64,000 nucleotides of DNA from assembly GCA_965203445.1 (NCBI GenBank), contig OZ241883.1, positions 480,001 through 544,000 of the forward strand, written 5' to 3'. Positions 62,062-64,000 of this stretch are shown here, one piece after another; positions within the stretch are counted from its first letter, which is position 1; every line of letters begins with the position of its first letter. Below the pieces are notes generated by a model. That model had not been told where the DNA came from. It did no database searches and saw only the letters and a list, made by a program, of their open reading frames with translations. The DNA is from Candidatus Oxydemutator sp. (lineage in GTDB: Bacteria > Pseudomonadota > Gammaproteobacteria > Poriferisulfidales > Oxydemutatoraceae). A program made the translations under genes and the position numbers.

Positions 62062-64000
62062 GCCGCCTTGGCGGGGGTTTCCAATTTCGAGAAGTCGGCG
62101 ATGCACGTGAACAGCGAGCGGACTTCGCGCAGCAACCCGATGCGGTTGCGGCGTTCGGCCTGGTCCTCCGACATCACCAGCACTTCGTCGAAAAAGCGGT
62201 TGATCGGCTCGTGCAACTCGACCAGCACGTTCAACGCCTCGAGATATTCGCGCCGCCCGGCGAGGTGCGCGACGCGCTCGCGGCGTTCGCAATACGCGCG
62301 GTAGAGGCCGTTTTCGGCGGCGTGGCGCAGCGCGCGCGCGTCCACGCCGGCGACGTCCTCGCGCGCGTCTTTTTCGAGGATGTTGCGGATGCGCTTGTTG
62401 GCGGCGGTCAGGCTGCCGGTCTGCGGCAGCGCCTTGAAACGCCGCACCGCGGCCAGACGCGCGTCGAGATCGAGCAGTTGCAGCGGGCGCACCGCCACCG
62501 CCGCTTCCACCTCGTCGACGCCGCAGCCGCGCTCGGCGTAATAGCCGCGCACGCGGTCTAGCAGGTAGCCGGGCAGACGCGCGACGTTCTCGGGATCGAG
62601 CGCGCCGCGGTAGCCGTCGGCGGCGCGCGTCATCCATACGCCCAGGTCGAGATCGAGACGCTTTTCGAGCACGATGCGCACGAGCGCAAGCCCGGCGCGC
62701 CGCAGCCCGTACGGATCCTTGCTGCCGCTCGGGTGCTCTCCGGAACCGAAGATGCCGGCCAGCGTGTCGAGGCGGTCGGCCAGCGCCAGCAGCACGCCGG
62801 CGGCGCTTTGCGGCAGTTCGTCGCCGGCGCGCCGCGGCAGGCGATGCTCGGCGACGGCGCGCGCCACCGTCTCGGACTCGCCGTCGGCGCGCGCGTAATA
62901 GCCGCCGATGACGCCTTCGAGTTCAGGATACTCGCGCACCACGTCGGTCGTCAGGTCGGCCTTGCACAGTCTGGCCGCGCGCGTCGCGTCGCCCGAGGCG
63001 ACGCCGCCGACGCTTTCGGCGAGCAGCGCCGCCAGGCGCTCCAGACGCCGCGTCTTGTCGGCGAGGCTGCCGAGCTTCTCGTGGAACAGCACGTCTTCGA
63101 GTTCCGCCACGCGGCTCGCCAGGCCGCGCTTGCGATCCTGATCAAAGAAAAAAGCCGCGTCCGCCAAGCGCGGCGACACGACGCGCTCGTAACCGAGGCG
63201 CACGCTCTCGGGCGACGCGCTTTCCACGTTGGCGACGGCGACGAAATCGGACGTCAGGCGTCCGGCCCCGTCCTCCAGCGGAAAGAATTTCTGGTCGTGC
63301 TCCAGCACCTCGACGATGACTTCGGCGGGCAGCGACAGAAAAGACGGGTCGAAGCGCGCCACCATGGCCGAGGGCCATTCGGTCATCGCGGTCACTTCGT
63401 CCAACAGCGACTCTGCGCCGCGCCGCGCCGCGCCCGCCAACGCGCGGCCCGCGGCGGCGCCCGCGACCTGCGCCTCGACGCGGCGGCGGCGCTCGGCGAA
63501 CGACGCGATGACTTTGCCGCGCCGTTCGAGCACGTCTTCATAAACGCCCGCCTTGGCATCGGGCACGCGCAGCGGCCCCGGGCAATGCCGGCGGTGCCCG
63601 CGCGTGTCGCCGCCCGAGCGCACGCCCATGACCTCGAGCGCGAGCGGCTCGTCGCCGTAGAGCGCGAGCACCCAGCGCACCGGGCGGATGAATTCGTACG
63701 GCGCGTCGCCCCAGCGCATCCGTTTCCCGACCGGCAGCGCCAGCAGCGCGCCGCGCACCTTCTCCTCCAGCAGCGCCTGCACGGTGGCGCCGGCCTCGCG
63801 ACGCCGGAAGCAGACGCGCTTGCCGTCGTCCGAGACTTGCAGGTCGCCGACCGCGACCCTGCACGCCCGGGCGAAGCCTTGCGCCGCCGGCGTCGGTTGC
63901 CCGGCTTCGTCGTAGGCGCGTTCGAGCGCCGGCCCCTTGCGTTCGATCACGCGCCCGGCCTGGCTCGCGGACAGCCCGGTTATGCGCGCCGCGAGCCGCC
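62058..64000 (-). CDS. glyS: Glycine--tRNA ligase beta subunit (5'-truncated by window edge)
   Basis: KRMRWG..FIRPVRW, PRLADAAFF, KADL...EYPELEG and GSKDPYGLRR. Confidence 0.97.
   Translation of the reverse strand, partial: RLAARITGLSASQAGRVIERKGPALERAYDEAGQPTPAAQGFARACRVAVGDLQVSDDGKRVCFRRREAGATVQALLEEKVRGALLALPVGKRMRWGDAPYEFIRPVRWVLALYGDEPLALEVMGVRSGGDTRGHRRHCPGPLRVPDAKAGVYEDVLERRGKVIASFAERRRRVEAQVAGAAAGRALAGAARRGAESLLDEVTAMTEWPSAMVARFDPSFLSLPAEVIVEVLEHDQKFFPLEDGAGRLTSDFVAVANVESASPESVRLGYERVVSPRLADAAFFFDQDRKRGLASRVAELEDVLFHEKLGSLADKTRRLERLAALLAESVGGVASGDATRAARLCKADLTTDVVREYPELEGVIGGYYARADGESETVARAVAEHRLPRRAGDELPQSAAGVLLALADRLDTLAGIFGSGEHPSGSKDPYGLRRAGLALVRIVLEKRLDLDLGVWMTRAADGYRGALDPENVARLPGYLLDRVRGYYAERGCGVDEVEAAVAVRPLQLLDLDARLAAVRRFKALPQTGSLTAANKRIRNILEKDAREDVAGVDARALRHAAENGLYRAYCERRERVAHLAGRREYLEALNVLVELHEPINRFFDEVLVMSEDQAERRNRIGLLREVRSLFTCIADFSKLETPAKAA

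Overview
High-GC bacterial chromosome segment, probably from a gammaproteobacterium (inferred from gene content and order). The housekeeping backbone is mrp-dcd-glnK, rnd-rpmG-rpmB, purN-purM, pgsA-like-hda, wrbA, aspS, a bat-like VWA operon, tupBCA, rhomboid, hemB, hemF-tsaC-tRNA-Ala(CGC), and ispH-lspA-ileS-ribF-gmhB-glyS. Three accessory regions interrupt it. (1) A defence island at 1-17050 holds a DUF1998 helicase and a type I R-M locus packed with RhuM-Fic, two HEPN/MNT pairs and a Panacea antitoxin. Its specificity subunit is one continuous ORF, MNT-HsdS-TIR-STAND NTPase (1355 aa), which is the top candidate for a novel system. A divergent operon of partner-less antitoxins and an ATPase follows. 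(2) A non-autonomous IS1595-family element (32909-34351) carries an intact DNA methyltransferase and sits inside the bat operon. (3) A second island between hemB and hemF holds an IS481 remnant, a type IIG R-M gene, a 1288-aa nuclease-like protein, a dam pseudogene and a ClpP-fold protease. Its core is bracketed by a ~41-bp inverted repeat. Several genes show a -10 box 6-7 nt before the ATG, suggesting leaderless mRNAs. No CRISPR array, rRNA or site-specific (phage-type) integrase was seen. All family calls come from reading motifs by eye, and GC statements are visual estimates; no searches were run.
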